Assembly (NCBI RefSeq): GCF_001194135.2
Contig: NC_068998.1
Span: forward strand, 53,522,831 to 53,586,830
DNA: 64,000 nt
From: Octopus bimaculoides
Taxonomy: Eukaryota
Direction: 5' to 3'
Shown here: piece by piece, positions 25,520 through 39,134 of the stretch
How the letters are laid out: every line of letters begins with the position of its first letter
Numbering within the stretch: the stretch's first letter is position 1
Notes under the pieces: model-generated
Seen by the model: the letters and a program-made list of their open reading frames with translations, nothing else
What the model was told of the DNA's origin: nothing
The model's database searches: none
Translations under genes and position numbers: made by a program

Positions 25520-26150
25520 AAAACTCTAAATTCTGGAAGACGAGACGAGACATGGATATGTTTCATGTAACACAAAGCACGTTACCCAAACAGTGATTGT
25601 CTTTGGGTTTCTTTCCACTGATTGTGAAGACATACCGCCCGATAACATTGAACGGAGTGTTTGAATTGATTCAGACGGTGACGTGAAGCTGCGGGGACAG
25701 AATGGTCCGGCCTTGATTGGAGAGGGTTGCTTGTGGAAGGCCATTTGTGTGGCAGCAGGATTCAACTCATTGTCATACCTTCGGAACGAGTCAGAATTGG
25801 TGGCCTGAGAATTTCTACGACTTCACTAGCCCCGATTTCTGGCCTCCTCATTCCCCTGATTTTAATCCAGAGGATAACGATGTATAGGATGCGGTTGAGA
25901 AGGACACGACCGCTCTGCCTGCGTCACCAAGTCCTAGCTGGTGGAAGGAGATCACGGAGGTGTTCGAAATCATCCAGGGACACAGTCGGGTATACATGCA
26001 CCATGATCCGATGTCACACGGAGGCCGGGATGGATGTTGAGTGCGACTGCTTAAAAGAAATTCTTATCTCCCAGCCATAATATTGTCCGTATTACGCGAT
26101 TTTAAAAAATAGTGTACTTTCTTTTCCATTTCTACAAATTCTGAAATAGA
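25520..26150 (+). mobile_element. maT/DD37D-like Tc1/mariner transposase remnant
   Basis: TKHVTQTVIVFGFLSTD..IPP, then in another frame RPFVWQQDSTHCHTFGTSQNWWPENFYDFTSPDFWPPHSPDFNPEDNDV*DAVEKDT (cf. WQQDSAP.H...WPP.SPD.NPLDY.VW..VE). Confidence 0.85.
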
Positions 26151-26528
26151 GCTGGAACAGACTATAAATAAATATATACATTATATGTATAACAAATTTA
26201 TAAGAATATTTAGCTGAAGATCAGAATAGAGTATTCTTTACTCTTAACTGTGAAACGATCGTACTAAATTAACTAAAGGCAGGTGTTTTTTTTACTCTTC
26301 TCTACTGTTTTTTGTTCTGTGTGTATCAAAAATATCGCTATCAATCTGGAGTAATAATTTATAGTTTTGAAATCAGTAGTTCGTTGACTGCTATTTCTAA
26401 ATTCTCAGTATGTTGGAGAAGCAGGTTACTGCCAATCCCTATATATTTATGATTATAAATGATTTTTACCGAAAAGGTTTTTCATACTGAGCTACCCGGC
26501 AAAATTGTTAATTATTAATTTTATTACT

Positions 26529-27393
26529 NNNNNNNNNNNNNNNNNNNNNNNNNNNNNNNNNNNNNNNNNNNNNNNNNNNNNNNNNNNNNNNNNNNNNNNN
26601 NNNNNNNNNNNNNNNNNNNNNNNNNNNNNNNNNNNNNNNNNNNNNNNNNNNNNNNNNNNNNNNNNNNNNNNNNNNNNNNNNNNNNNNNNNNNNNNNNNNN
26701 NNNNNNNNNNNNNNNNNNNNNNNNNNNNNNNNNNNNNNNNNNNNNNNNNNNNNNNNNNNNNNNNNNNNNNNNNNNNNNNNNNNNNNNNNNNNNNNNNNNN
26801 NNNNNNNNNNNNNNNNNNNNNNNNNNNNNNNNNNNNNNNNNNNNNNNNNNNNNNNNNNNNNNNNNNNNNNNNNNNNNNNNNNNNNNNNNNNNNNNNNNNN
26901 NNNNNNNNNNNNNNNNNNNNNNNNNNNNNNNNNNNNNNNNNNNNNNNNNNNNNNNNNNNNNNNNNNNNNNNNNNNNNNNNNNNNNNNNNNNNNNNNNNNN
27001 NNNNNNNNNNNNNNNNNNNNNNNNNNNNNNNNNNNNNNNNNNNNNNNNNNNNNNNNNNNNNNNNNNNNNNNNNNNNNNNNNNNNNNNNNNNNNNNNNNNN
27101 NNNNNNNNNNNNNNNNNNNNNNNNNNNNNNNNNNNNNNNNNNNNNNNNNNNNNNNNNNNNNNNNNNNNNNNNNNNNNNNNNNNNNNNNNNNNNNNNNNNN
27201 NNNNNNNNNNNNNNNNNNNNNNNNNNNNNNNNNNNNNNNNNNNNNNNNNNNNNNNNNNNNNNNNNNNNNNNNNNNNNNNNNNNNNNNNNNNNNNNNNNNN
27301 NNNNNNNNNNNNNNNNNNNNNNNNNNNNNNNNNNNNNNNNNNNNNNNNNNNNNNNNNNNNNNNNNNNNNNNNNNNNNNNNNNNNNNNNNNNNN
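26529..27393. other. Assembly gap (865 N)
   Basis: N run. Confidence 1.
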
Positions 27394-27431
<38 letters not shown>

Positions 27432-27959
27432 GTATGTGGGTGTATGCATATATATAATTTGTCTTTAACGATGGAACTCGAAATAGAAACAGCTATGAAT
27501 AATAGTCTGTAAATAATGCGTTCCAACGTTATAAATGAATTTTCTTTCACTTCTCAAATTTCCTAAATTCTTATGAAGTAAACAACATATGTATGCGTGT
27601 GTGTGTCCTCGTATATTTGTGTGTGCGAGACTGTGTGCCTCTGTGTATGAGTGTAATATATATATACACTCATACACAGAGGCACATGTATACGTACGCG
27701 TATATGTAAACGTACGCGTTTGTGCGAATACATTTAATTATGAATATTCGATACTCGAAAGAAAAATACAATGCGGAACATACGTAAATTAAAATATGCT
27801 TCCAATAGCGTTTCTCAGTAGATATATTTGTGTGCCTGCTTCTTCCGATGTATTTCTTGCCCGTTTACATAAGGTGTAAATTAATAATTTTAATAAAGAT
27901 ATATTTTAAAGTATACCAAATAGGAAGATTACTTTCACTCATATATTGTCCCAATACAT

Positions 27960-28700
27960 TTTAATTATTCTGGAATGCACCAACTTTCCAATTGCATGTG
28001 CCGTTAACAATAACAGTAGATTGAAGTTCTGGTTGCAAAAGAGCAAGTCTTAATTCTTTTTTAATATTTTACTGAGCATTTTCTATAGCTTACATCACAT
28101 AATCTATTTGACAGAAATTCGTAGTATTGTGTATCACTGATGCATTCAACGGTTTCAATATTTGTAATATATCTGCATTGAAACAACCGAGGCTTGATAG
28201 GTATTGGAGCAGAACTGCTTAAATATGGATATACAGAGCAGCTGAGTCCGTTAGAGCTCACGTTCGCGTCCAGTTCACATATACTCTTAATGTCTTTCGT
28301 AAAGACACAAACATCATAAATCGCATTTTGATTTAGGTTTCATATTGATGAATGCCAAAGGCATTTGTAATGAAATTCGAAACTCGCTGATTTGAGAAGA
28401 TATATAGGCATATATGGGATGGTCATAACTGGAACACGTATCATTCTATGACTTCTCAATTCTGTGATCCCTAATGGTTAAATAAAGGCAAGAATAAGAT
28501 ATCGTTACCCTGATAATATGTCGATAAATTGCTTGCCCTCTTCGTGTAACTTCACCGATATTTTAATGAGCAATCCATACGCCCTTCATTAGATGAAAAC
28601 TAATTTGATACCGTTTGTTAGAGAAAATTAATAACCTGTTGGAAAATTATATTTCTAAAAGTCTAAGATCCACATGTAACTGCTGGCTCACTACTGCAGC
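27960..28700 (-). mobile_element. Possible decayed Penelope-like element (RT-to-GIY-YIG linker)
   Basis: RMIRVPVMTIPYMP, a Cys-containing segment, then KTCSFATRTSIYCYC; weak similarity with multiple stops. Confidence 0.25.
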
Positions 28701-29199
28701 CGTTCGGAAAAGTCTTTACATTGTAACCAACGATAAAATCGACTGGCTCGCAAGAATAAGCAAGGATAAAATTCCTTTGGCTATAGACCAGCTTCAACAG
28801 AACTGAGCTGGGTCTATATAGCACCAACACTAACATACTTAAACAGATTATCTAAATCAGGTTTCTCTGAGATTTGCCTCCCATTTGTTCCCATGACAAA
28901 TTTTGGAAAGTCTTTTCTCCATACCACAATTTGTGTTTACATATTTACCATAATAAAACAATCGGCAAATGGAATTTAAAATACTGTTTTCAAGCTTTAT
29001 AGTTTTAAGTATATATAGCACGTAACAATACTTTAATTATTATGAATAAGAGCCACACTGAGTCTGACAGATCAAGACTTCTGCATTGGTAAAGGAGTAA
29101 ATAAGAAATGATATATATGAGTCTTAGGGAAACAACAGTCATGGGACTTTCTGAATTGCACAAAGAACAAAATATTACGTCGAATTTTTAGAAGGGCAG

Positions 29200-29278
29200 C
29201 CTGTCTGATTATGAACCAACTGGGGGACGCAAACACACCGACATTGGTAGCCAATCGATGGTGGGGAGACAAGCACAG

Positions 29279-29351
<73 letters not shown>

Positions 29352-29400
29352 AAGAGAAATAGATGGATAGATAGATAGATAGATAGACAAAGAGATATAT
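29200..29400 (-). mobile_element. SINE family B middle fragment with its internal (CA)/(TA) microsatellite
   Basis: Reverse complement tgtgcttgtctccccaccatcgattggctaccaatgtcggtgtgtttgcgtcccccagtt matches the post-microsatellite part of the copy at 49258. Confidence 0.7.
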
Positions 29401-31793
29401 AAATGAATAGATTGCGAGAGAGAAACAGACAGACATATAGAGTGACAGACAGACAGGTAAACAGCTCGGCAGACAGGCAGTTAGAGTCTATCTATAATGT
29501 ATATATGTTTATATTTTTACCACTAAACTGCCTTAGGTTATTTATTTATTTAGTTTTTTTGTACATTCATATATTTTGTCATATTTTGTCGGTAAACTTA
29601 GTTCAATAATCTAATTACAAATCTTATATAATCAGCCTTTATGTGGCCCTCGTGTGGCTGTAATCACTGAACTGAGACTAGTAAATATGAAAAATTGTAT
29701 GCTATCAGGAGACCTGAAAGATGATGATGATGATGATGATTGCAACAACAAACAAAGAGTGAAACACATGATTGAAAAAGTGGCATTTCTTTGAATGTCA
29801 TGCACTTAACGCGGCACCGCTGAGTACATTTTTCAAGCTTCTGAATAAATTATATTATGTTTGGTTCACTGTAATTGGTAAGTAGAATCACAATTTCGTG
29901 CATTAAAATGAGGTGTAAAAAGTTATATGGAAAATGTGTCTCAATGCGTCGTACTTAACTACCTCAATATTTTAATGGAGTCGTACGAGAATGACTTTTT
30001 CATATCTGTTTTTCTGTATTTCATCTTTTAATCCTGATAAACGAAATGTTTCATTTTTTTATTTATTCGTCTCCATCAAAAATAATGAAAAAGCAATACA
30101 AATACATCGAATGTCTGGGGGACACGTTTGCACACCTAATAAACTGAACATTTAGTGATTATGGGCCAACTATAAAATATCAGTCACCATGATGAATCAA
30201 CCAGTCACTTCTTTCAACTAAGGTGAATTTTCTGTCCTTTCTTTTTCTCTTTCTTTTATTTGTAATATTTTTTTTTTTTTTTTTGCTTAACACTTCGAAT
30301 ACATTTCTGATTTAATGTCCTGTCAAAACGCTAACAGTGGCGACTTCATTTGTTGAACCATGTTAATTGATATCCATCAAACCCTTTTCTAATTCGATCA
30401 CTTTAATTTTCCCACTGATATTTTCGAAGCAATGAAATTAGCTCAAAATTATTTGCATCTCTACAAAAAGCCAGTCAGAATTTCTACCCAATTAATATCG
30501 TTAAAGCAAATGCGTTTTTTTTTAATGGAAATTTCGATGTCATTAAATACTGCTTTCAACTTCTAAGAGCTTTTTAATTGTCAACAGATTTGACAACAAT
30601 AGCAGTCTAGTTTCCCTCATTGTATAACCTACAAAATTGTAAAATCGATTCACATTATACAATGAGCACAGATTGTGAAATCGAGGGCAACCCTTGATGT
30701 TGAATTCGACGGTATGGATGATCAATAGTCAACACAGCATAGTCATGTTTGTGTTCACTGCTTTGGATGTAACCGACACCAAACGCAACACTCAACTAGG
30801 ACGAAGCTGTAAAAACTGTATTAACAGCATTAATTTTGATCCTGGGAGACATAATTACTAAAGTACGCTGCGTTTCTTTATTCACGTTTCGTTTTACAAC
30901 AGAAAACTGATTATAAATGCATTATATCATAACTTGGTTATATTAAACTCTTGATAACACTAATAATGATAAATTATTTAGTTTACTTTTATTAATAACG
31001 TGTGCTGCGACATAGATTATACAATGCTTTGTTTCAAAATTAGTAATTAGTAATTAAGCGTTTCGCATGCGATTCAAACGTTATAATCCTTTCGTACTCA
31101 GACAACATTTGCACTACGAAACTGTGCATAGGAGAAAATTCCTAATTATTCTAAATCACTTTCTATTCTATTACATATTATATAATTTCTCACCGTCTTG
31201 CAAGCATACAACTAGCTTCATATCTCCATACGTTTTTGACACATAAATCACATTGCTCTATTAACTATCACGTTTCGTGACGATAAACATTACCTTTATT
31301 TTTTACAAATAATGTTCGTAAAATATCCTTCATCAGATTATTTTATGAAGTGTATCGTTTTCACTAACGTTCTAAACAAATCTAGAAGAAAACTGCCCGA
31401 TCTCTTCAAATAGAACTTTTACAAGCTCTTTTGCATATAGTTTAAAATTCTTGCAGCTATTTTAGAAACACTTATGTCGCCTTTGGCCAGTACATGAAAT
31501 GTCACCTTTTAAATCACGTTGAAATATGCAATTTTTCTCTCAAATTCTTGATCAAAGCACACATCACATCAATAGGATTCCAAAACCTTGCAGCGAAAAA
31601 TTAAGCTCAGTGAAACGCAATGAAAAATCTGTTAAAAACATCAATATACTGATACTAGCAAAATCTTTTATCGTTTAAATCTGATACTCTACATTTTACA
31701 TGTATGAAAATAATATAAATATCAACTTAGCCCACACTTACTTCGATCGCCACTGAACATGGTTACGTTATTCACCTTTCTTTAAATTATATT

Positions 31794-32007
31794 AACTTCA
31801 AATTTTGGTACAAGGCCAGCAATTTTGAGGGAGTGGGTGAGCCGGTTACATCGATTTAAGTACTCAACTGGTATGAATTTATCGACTCTAAAAAGGGTTA
31901 AAGGCAAAGTGGGCCACGTCGGGATTTGAACTCAGAACGCAAAGAAGCGTGAAACGACCCTAAGTATTTTCCCCGGTATGCCAACGATTCTGCCAGCTCT
32001 GCGCGTT
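31794..32007 (-). mobile_element. SINE family A with diverged 18-bp TSD
   Basis: Full head, core and tail on the minus strand; flanks CTTTCTTTAAATTATATT (31776-31793) and CTTCCTTCAAAATATATT (32008-32025) match 15/18. Confidence 0.85.
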
Positions 32008-32244
32008 CTTCCTTCAAAATATATTAAAACCCGGTCACTGTCATCTATCAAATTGCTTACTCTCGTCAAAACAATCATCACGGTTTTCGTTAAAATACTT
32101 TAGGAATATTGAAATAATGCAAAGAAAATAAGGGTTTTCAGCGGATTCTGTGATCTACGCTACACAACCGGAATTTCGATTCCATCATAGGATTTTCGTC
32201 AGTCGTAAGCGAAACCATTATTTTACTTGTTTCAGTAAGTAGAC

Positions 32245-32442
32245 TGTGGCCATGCGCGAACACCATCTTTGAGAAGATGTTCGTCGCCGGAATCAAGCCC
32301 AGCACTTGATTTTTAATTCTGGTACTTTTATTATCTGCCTTGTTTGCCGAACCAATAGGTTACGGAGACTTAAATGCACTACTACCAGTTGTCCAGCGGT
32401 AAGGGTGGAAGGCAAACACACTCAGAAACACACACACACACA

Positions 32443-32480
<38 letters not shown>

Positions 32481-32991
32481 NNNNNNNNNNNNNNNNNNNN
32501 NNNNNNNNNNNNNNNNNNNNNNNNNNNNNNNNNNNNNNNNNNNNNNNNNNNNNNNNNNNNNNNNNNNNNNNNNNNNNNNNNNNNNNNNNNNNNNNNNNNN
32601 NNNNNNNNNNNNNNNNNNNNNNNNNNNNNNNNNNNNNNNNNNNNNNNNNNNNNNNNNNNNNNNNNNNNNNNNNNNNNNNNNNNNNNNNNNNNNNNNNNNN
32701 NNNNNNNNNNNNNNNNNNNNNNNNNNNNNNNNNNNNNNNNNNNNNNNNNNNNNNNNNNNNNNNNNNNNNNNNNNNNNNNNNNNNNNNNNNNNNNNNNNNN
32801 NNNNNNNNNNNNNNNNNNNNNNNNNNNNNNNNNNNNNNNNNNNNNNNNNNNNNNNNNNNNNNNNNNNNNNNNNNNNNNNNNNNNNNNNNNNNNNNNNNNN
32901 NNNNNNNNNNNNNNNNNNNNNNNNNNNNNNNNNNNNNNNNNNNNNNNNNNNNNNNNNNNNNNNNNNNNNNNNNNNNNNNNNNNNNNNNNNN

Positions 32992-33026
<35 letters not shown>

Positions 33027-33158
33027 CGGGCTTTTTCTTTCCGTTTACCAAATCCACTCACAAGGCTTTGGTTGGCCCGAGGCTATAGTAGAAGACATTT
33101 GTTCAAGGTGCCACGCAGTGGGACTGAACCCGGAACCATGTGGTGAGAAAGCAAGCTA
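32245..33158 (-). mobile_element. SINE family B with internal (TA)n spanning a gap
   Basis: Reverse complement catggttccgggttcagtcccactgcgtggcaccttgaacaaatgtcttctactatagcctcgggcc head; 3' part at 32245-32440. Confidence 0.85.
32481..32991. other. Assembly gap (511 N)
   Basis: N run inside the SINE-B (TA)n. Confidence 1.
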
Positions 33159-33652
33159 GTTTCATATATGAAACAATGCATTTTTACTTTCCGAGTTCTG
33201 TTCGCAATTAACTGAAACAAACAATATATTATTAACTTTATCGTTTTTATTGACAACACCATAGTGTTCAGTCAACCAGTCTTTCCAAATCTTCTAGTTA
33301 ATATTTCTTGTAAATTATTTTTTATGCCATTTTGCAAATTATGCCGAATTTTTTCATTGACGTTTGCGTTCGGAAAATACGAATAAAATAATTTCTTTAA
33401 AAAGAAGCTAATAAAATGCAAGTCATATGGTATTATCCTGCATGATGCCATTGCTGGGTAGCTAATTCGTAATTTGTAAGGGATTAATTTTTCAATTATA
33501 ATTGCACAATCTTGTACTATTAACTGTCTCTGAAAAATCCAGTCATTTTCTAACCTAATATGAGAATCTTTAAAAGCCAACCGAACATTCTCAGCGAGAG
33601 ATACTACGACAATGCGGTACGATTAAATTCATAGTGCCCACTTCATGTCAAG

Positions 33653-33738
33653 ACACGTGGCGTGTCACGTACACACATGCCGTATGCCACGTAAATACAC
33701 GCGGTATGCCATGTAAGCACACGCGATGTACTAAGTAG
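33653..33738. repeat. Diverged 20-24-bp tandem repeat, about 4 units
   Basis: Units start ACAC at 33653, 33673, 33697 and 33719 and share ACACRYG..GTATGCCAYGTA. Confidence 0.6.
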
Positions 33739-34120
33739 AATTGTTCGGTTTGATACGTAATAAACAACACCACCTTCCCATTGCTTGCCTGCATGGAAAA
33801 AGGTTCAGCACTTCTCCACAGGTAATGTTATTAAAACTAATTAAAGAAGCTAAATAAAATAGTTTCTTCTAAATGCAAAAATAAAATATGCCTGGGGAAA
33901 TTTGTAGATATATAGTATGCTGGAAACGAGTGATGTTTACAGCTCACAGTGGTATAAACAATAGTTAAATGGTGATGGTGATAATTTCACTTCAGTTATT
34001 ATTGAAAATAAGGGCGCTAGAGATTAATACAATCCACACTTTCTTTCTGTCTCCCTCAGAGTTTTCCCTGCTTACACAACGCAACATTCTTGTTTTCATT
34101 TAATATTTCCATTATGGCGT

Positions 34121-34300
34121 AGGGCTACGCGCTGCCAGAGTCGTTAGCACGCAGAGCAATATGCTTGTACGCATTTCGTTCGTCTTTATGTTCTGAGTTC
34201 AAATCCTGCCGAGGTCGACTTTGCCTTTTGTGGTTCATACAAAAAGTATCAGTTGAAGACCGGGGTGGCTATAATCGACTTACCAGCCCCTAATATTTCT
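34121..34300 (+). mobile_element. SINE family A, diverged
   Basis: gagtcgttagcacgc...gttctgagttcaaatcctgccgaggtcgactttgcc. Confidence 0.8.
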
Positions 34301-34697
34301 ATCATTTCTACCACCTTATACATCCTTATACATCTTCTTCGTTGTCTATTTTTCTGTTCCTGTCTGTTGCTTTCAGTATTCTTCTCTGCTTCTTTATTGT
34401 GCATTCGATTGTTCCACTCAACATTAAAAGACAGCAAAACTACGAACAGAGGTTTACATTTGTCAGGCACGAACTGAAACGTTATGTTTATTTTACATCT
34501 CTATTGCTAAAACCCAAACTGTGTATATACAGCATTCACTGTTATATCAACTATTTCAAAAAAAGTTGCATACGATAAAGAGTATTAAAAATACAAATAC
34601 AATGATTTGAGCGTATAAACCAAAATAACTCAGGTCCTCCTTGTCATATTTCCACTCTCTGTGGATGATTGTTCATGTAAATACAATCATTCGAATA

Positions 34698-34707
34698 NNN
34701 NNNNNNN
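34698..34707. other. Assembly gap (10 N)
   Basis: N run. Confidence 1.
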
Positions 34708-34739
34708 CTATGTATATGAGTGTAATTTGAAATTTTAAT

Positions 34740-34744
34740 GTGCC

Positions 34745-34785
<41 letters not shown>

Positions 34786-35020
34786 GTATGTATATGTATC
34801 TGTATGTATATGTGTATATGTATGTGTATATATATATATGTGTGTGTATGTATATGTATGTATATGTATATATATATATGTATTAATATATAAATGTATT
34901 TATATATGCATGTATGTATGCATATATATATATATATATATGCATATGCGTGCGCACACCTACACACATATACACGCACACACACGCGCACATATATACG
35001 TATATGCATACATACAGATA
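34740..35020. repeat. Compound (TA)/(TATG)/(CA) microsatellite
   Basis: Directly visible. Confidence 0.9.
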
Positions 35021-35399
35021 CACGTACACAAGGACAGTATTGATGATCGAATTCACAGTATTATGTAGCTTGTTTTATGGATTATAGTTCAAATCTAAAC
35101 TTAAATGACGTTAGATGATTTTAAAAGATTTGAAAATATTTAGACTATTTTCATTTCTTTTTATCTTTAATATTCCTTTCCAAATGATTGAATAAGTGGA
35201 ATACGGAATGAATATAAAAATATTTGATCTCTAGTTTTATGAGATATTACAGAAATATCGTTTTGCTCTGTGGAAATTTATTCTGTTGGTGTATTATCTT
35301 TGTTTTTGTCAATATAGTCAGTTATGGTTGCATACCATTTTTGATCTTGTTTGCTAGTGTTCTCTACCGATTATATAGGAATGATGTACTATCATAGGT

Positions 35400-35414
35400 G
35401 CGTGTGTGTGTGAG

Positions 35415-35489
<75 letters not shown>

Positions 35490-35492
35490 GAT
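35400..35492. repeat. (TG)n/(TA)n microsatellite
   Basis: Directly visible. Confidence 0.95.
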
Positions 35493-35699
35493 AGATAAAT
35501 AGATATTGTCTTCTGACATACACGGGTACATACAAAGGGATATACGCAATATATGTAAATATATGCGTGTGTGTATGTATGTGTGCGTGTATGCGAGATC
35601 TGATCAATACATATCCGTACTGGTGCTATAAAAACAAAACTACAACACGTACCAACTTGGCATTTAATCTTTGTTTAAAGACAACAGAACGAACACATA

Positions 35700-35990
35700 G
35701 GAAAACAGACGAGCCACTTATGGAACTTTTCCTTCAATAGCTGCCTCTATTCTAAACTAGGCGTTTCGAAGATGAGGCAGAATGCGATCTTAGAAGAGCT
35801 CTTCCTGAATAGCGGATTAACCTATTAAACAGAGGATTCCAAGGTAGCAAACACAAACCGAGACAGGAAAAATTAGACAGTGAAAGCAACATTAAAGGCC
35901 TTAGGGCCAAACGCGATGAGATATTGAACGCTGTGATATGACGAAGCTGAACGGAGAGATAGTAGTTTCGTCTTGACCACAGGTCACATG
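35700..35990 (+). mobile_element. Possible RTE-like LINE 3' remnant
   Basis: GFQGSKHKPRQEKLDSESNIKGL...AVI*R weakly resembles G.R.RGRP...W...I..DLK.L...A.DR..W. Confidence 0.25.
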
Positions 35991-36104
35991 CGATCAACGA
36001 GGAGTGGTAGAGGGAGGAAGTGGAACAAAGGTGAGCGACGAGAGAAAGGGAGGAAGAGAGATATGTATAGCAGTGAAGGGGAGAAGCAATGTATATCTAA
36101 ACAG

Positions 36105-36147
<43 letters not shown>

Positions 36148-36214
36148 TTGTGTGTGCGTGTGTGTATTTATATATATATATATATATTTATATATATTTA
36201 TATATGTATTTATA

Positions 36215-36253
<39 letters not shown>

Positions 36254-36263
36254 NNNNNNNNNN

Positions 36264-36300
<37 letters not shown>
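36105..36300. repeat. (TA)n/(TG)n microsatellite containing a 10-N gap (36254-36263)
   Basis: Directly visible. Confidence 0.95.
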
Positions 36301-36305
<5 letters not shown>

Positions 36306-38324
36306 AGAAGCAGAAGTATAAACACCTAGGTATATAGAAAAACAGACATAAATGTACATCTGCGTGTGTGTGTTCGTGTCCCCTTGCATTTGTTTATTTA
36401 CACCGCAGAAACAGCCTAGTATCATGATTGTCTGTTGTCAGTGACATAACGTTTTAATAAATAGAGATCGATACTATAATTGTTAGATTTACGTAAGTAC
36501 ACTTGCTGTTCTGATTGATCAAGTTTACGATATGATGTCCCTGCTTTGATGGGTGGAACCATTAAAAAGAAGAATAGACATAAGATCTGAATACTGTTAT
36601 AATTAATGCTCACAGTCAGAATGCATGCGTCTGAAATTGCGCGATCTATCTTTGCATAATAAATTTAGCAAGGCGCCTTGGAGTACGTAAATTTTTAACT
36701 AGTGAATAAAACCTATCGTGTTTAGCTTACTATGTTTGATCAGTAGATTCATAATTAAGTTTAGTGAAGTAAATCGTAAAAGTTTTGTGGCAAGAGACGC
36801 TTTCTTTAATGAATTTAACTGCATTATCCCTTCAATGGAATCATTCATTAAGGACTTTTGAAAATATTACGGTTTCCATAACTTAACATTGAAAAATGAA
36901 CACGTTTGATTATCTACTCGCCCCCATTTGTATATGAATACGTAACTGATTGCACAGCCATTGATGAATTTATCCGATCTCTGAAAAGTATCTGTTGCTA
37001 CGAAAAGACGAGATGTTTCGTAAGTCTTCTACACAACGCTGTGTTTCTGTTAGGTTTTGAACTAATGCTATCAATGACGACCACTACATCTATGTCACCA
37101 TCATCTTTAGAAATACTTTGTGTACGTAATACATATAGTAGAGTGTACCTTAGAAATTATTTACCAAGTTATATTTGTAATGCTCTTAGGGTTCCGAATT
37201 AAATCGAATTCGCCAATGCATTTTTTTCTATTTCGAAATAATTTAATTTTATTCCACCGTTTCTTCAAATCGACTGCAATGTATTAGGTCCAACCTATTC
37301 CGAAAACTCCTGGCACAGACATCCATTGTTTCAAATCTATTAACAGCTCTCGAGTGAATGTTATCAATAGCGAAGACTTTCTGTATTGTTGCTGAATTTG
37401 TTAGACAAAACAGTCAAATAGCACGAGAACCTTTTCTTCATTTCAAAACCAGCAGCAGGACACGTAGGGTTTTATAGTTTTAACTGAACGAATTATACAT
37501 TTGCTAATCTGATTTAGAAAGCTAAAATCCAGATTATGGAACCTTTTCTTGAAACAGGGTCACATTTGTTCAAATTGATTCGTGCATGATTTCTTCATAT
37601 ACAATGCTAAGAAACGATAATTTGCAAAATAATACCGTTTTGTGGAATTGATAATTGAATTCCACTGAAATTCTTACAAGAGAAAAGCACTTTTCTTTTA
37701 GATAAAGTGTAAGGAATATTCCTTGCGAAATAATTGTCAATTATCTGGCTTAGATATATTCACAGAGGATAAGCTGATAAGATTTACGGTATCTTTTATT
37801 TTAACATTGATAATAAAGAGTTCAGGAAGCAGTTAAACTATAACAAGGAGTTCGTCTTGTCATGTAACTATTAATCTAAGAAGCCGTGCATAACAAAGTA
37901 TGTACATTAACATTATGGAATCGCTTCCTTCTCTCCTACGAAATGCAATAACTATGTTAACTTTAATATTTCTCGATGTAATTCAACTATAATACCAACT
38001 TCGTCTCTTCATACAACCTCTGAACTTTATAGACTTATGAACACTACACATACGGACAAATATGATTCATATCTGCGCATTGTTTGTATTTAATTAACAT
38101 TAGACTATCTTATACTTATATCATACAGTTCGATTATTAATTGACCCAGAAAATCCATATGCCAAAACGATAAACGGTGTTGTATATAGTGCACACGTGT
38201 TTCAAAAACGTTCCATCGCTATACAATGCTTTTACAGGATGGCCGCGCCAAGCATTGATGTACACAAATGCAAACCAGTGACCAGTTCAAATACACTTGA
38301 GGCAAATTCGAACCCGTAAGGAAG

Positions 38325-38326
38325 CC

Positions 38327-38360
<34 letters not shown>

Positions 38361-38460
38361 GCTCTCTCTCCTTTTCTCTTATTTTCTCTCTCCCTCCATT
38401 TCTCCCTCTCTCCTTTTCTTTATCTATTTTCCTCTCTCTGCCTTTCTCTCTCTCTCACTC
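38325..38460 (+). repeat. (TC)-rich polypyrimidine tract
   Basis: Directly visible. Confidence 0.9.
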
Positions 38461-39134
38461 TGCTATGTATGAACCACGATAAAACGTGTATCGGGAAATC
38501 CGTTTCCTTAATCTCTTCAATATCTGTTCATTATTTTAGATTTCATAAAACTTCATCGCATAATCTATTTTGACAGAATAGACAATACGCAGTCATTTTA
38601 TTTTACATATTCATCATCATCATCAACGCAGTACATCTATTTTCAAGACATTAGTACAGACATGATAATGACGCGTTTCGTCGAACGAATTTTTGACTAT
38701 TGAAACAGATTTTTATGGTTGGTTCTTTGAACCCATAACTGATCCCAGACGCAAATACCTCCTCTTTGAGATGCAACGATTCCCTCGTATATCGGATTCC
38801 TTCTTGTACGAAACAGCAGACTGCTGACCCAGAAATGGAAACCAGAGCCTACTAATATAAAATTGTATACGTTTTACAACTGTTTCACCCAAAAGACAAT
38901 GCAATATTGACGAAGTATCCCTCTTAATTTACATAATGTAAACATATTTTCTTATAGGCGAGATAATTTTACACGGTTGTCTGGTCAGGAAGTAGTTAAA
39001 TATTTTTCCATTAAACAGGCTGGAAAAAAGTCAAATTACAGGAGATCAAACATTCTCAATTGAAAATTATCGATCTACATGTATTTGTTTTCCTTTCACT
39101 CAACAACAGGAATACAAAGCATATTTCCCTTGTC

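Noticed and set aside
26492-27550. Longest ORFs in the track (301-352 aa), and similar ones at 12.7-13.4, 32.3-33.2 and 60.9-61.6 kb
   Set aside because: They run through N gaps and (TA)n tracts; X and IY repeats are artefacts.
34100-34305. Apparent 15-bp TSD (TAATATTTCCATTAT / TAATATTTCTATCAT) around the SINE at 34121
   Set aside because: The right copy sits where the SINE tail should begin and may be SINE-derived, so it was not counted.
36906-37202. GPCR helix-8-like FIRSLKSICC and a 62-nt exon candidate (36958-37019, GTAAGT donor)
   Set aside because: No NPxxY motif or upstream TM helices, a weak acceptor, and a phase that does not join the next candidate; consistent with chance.
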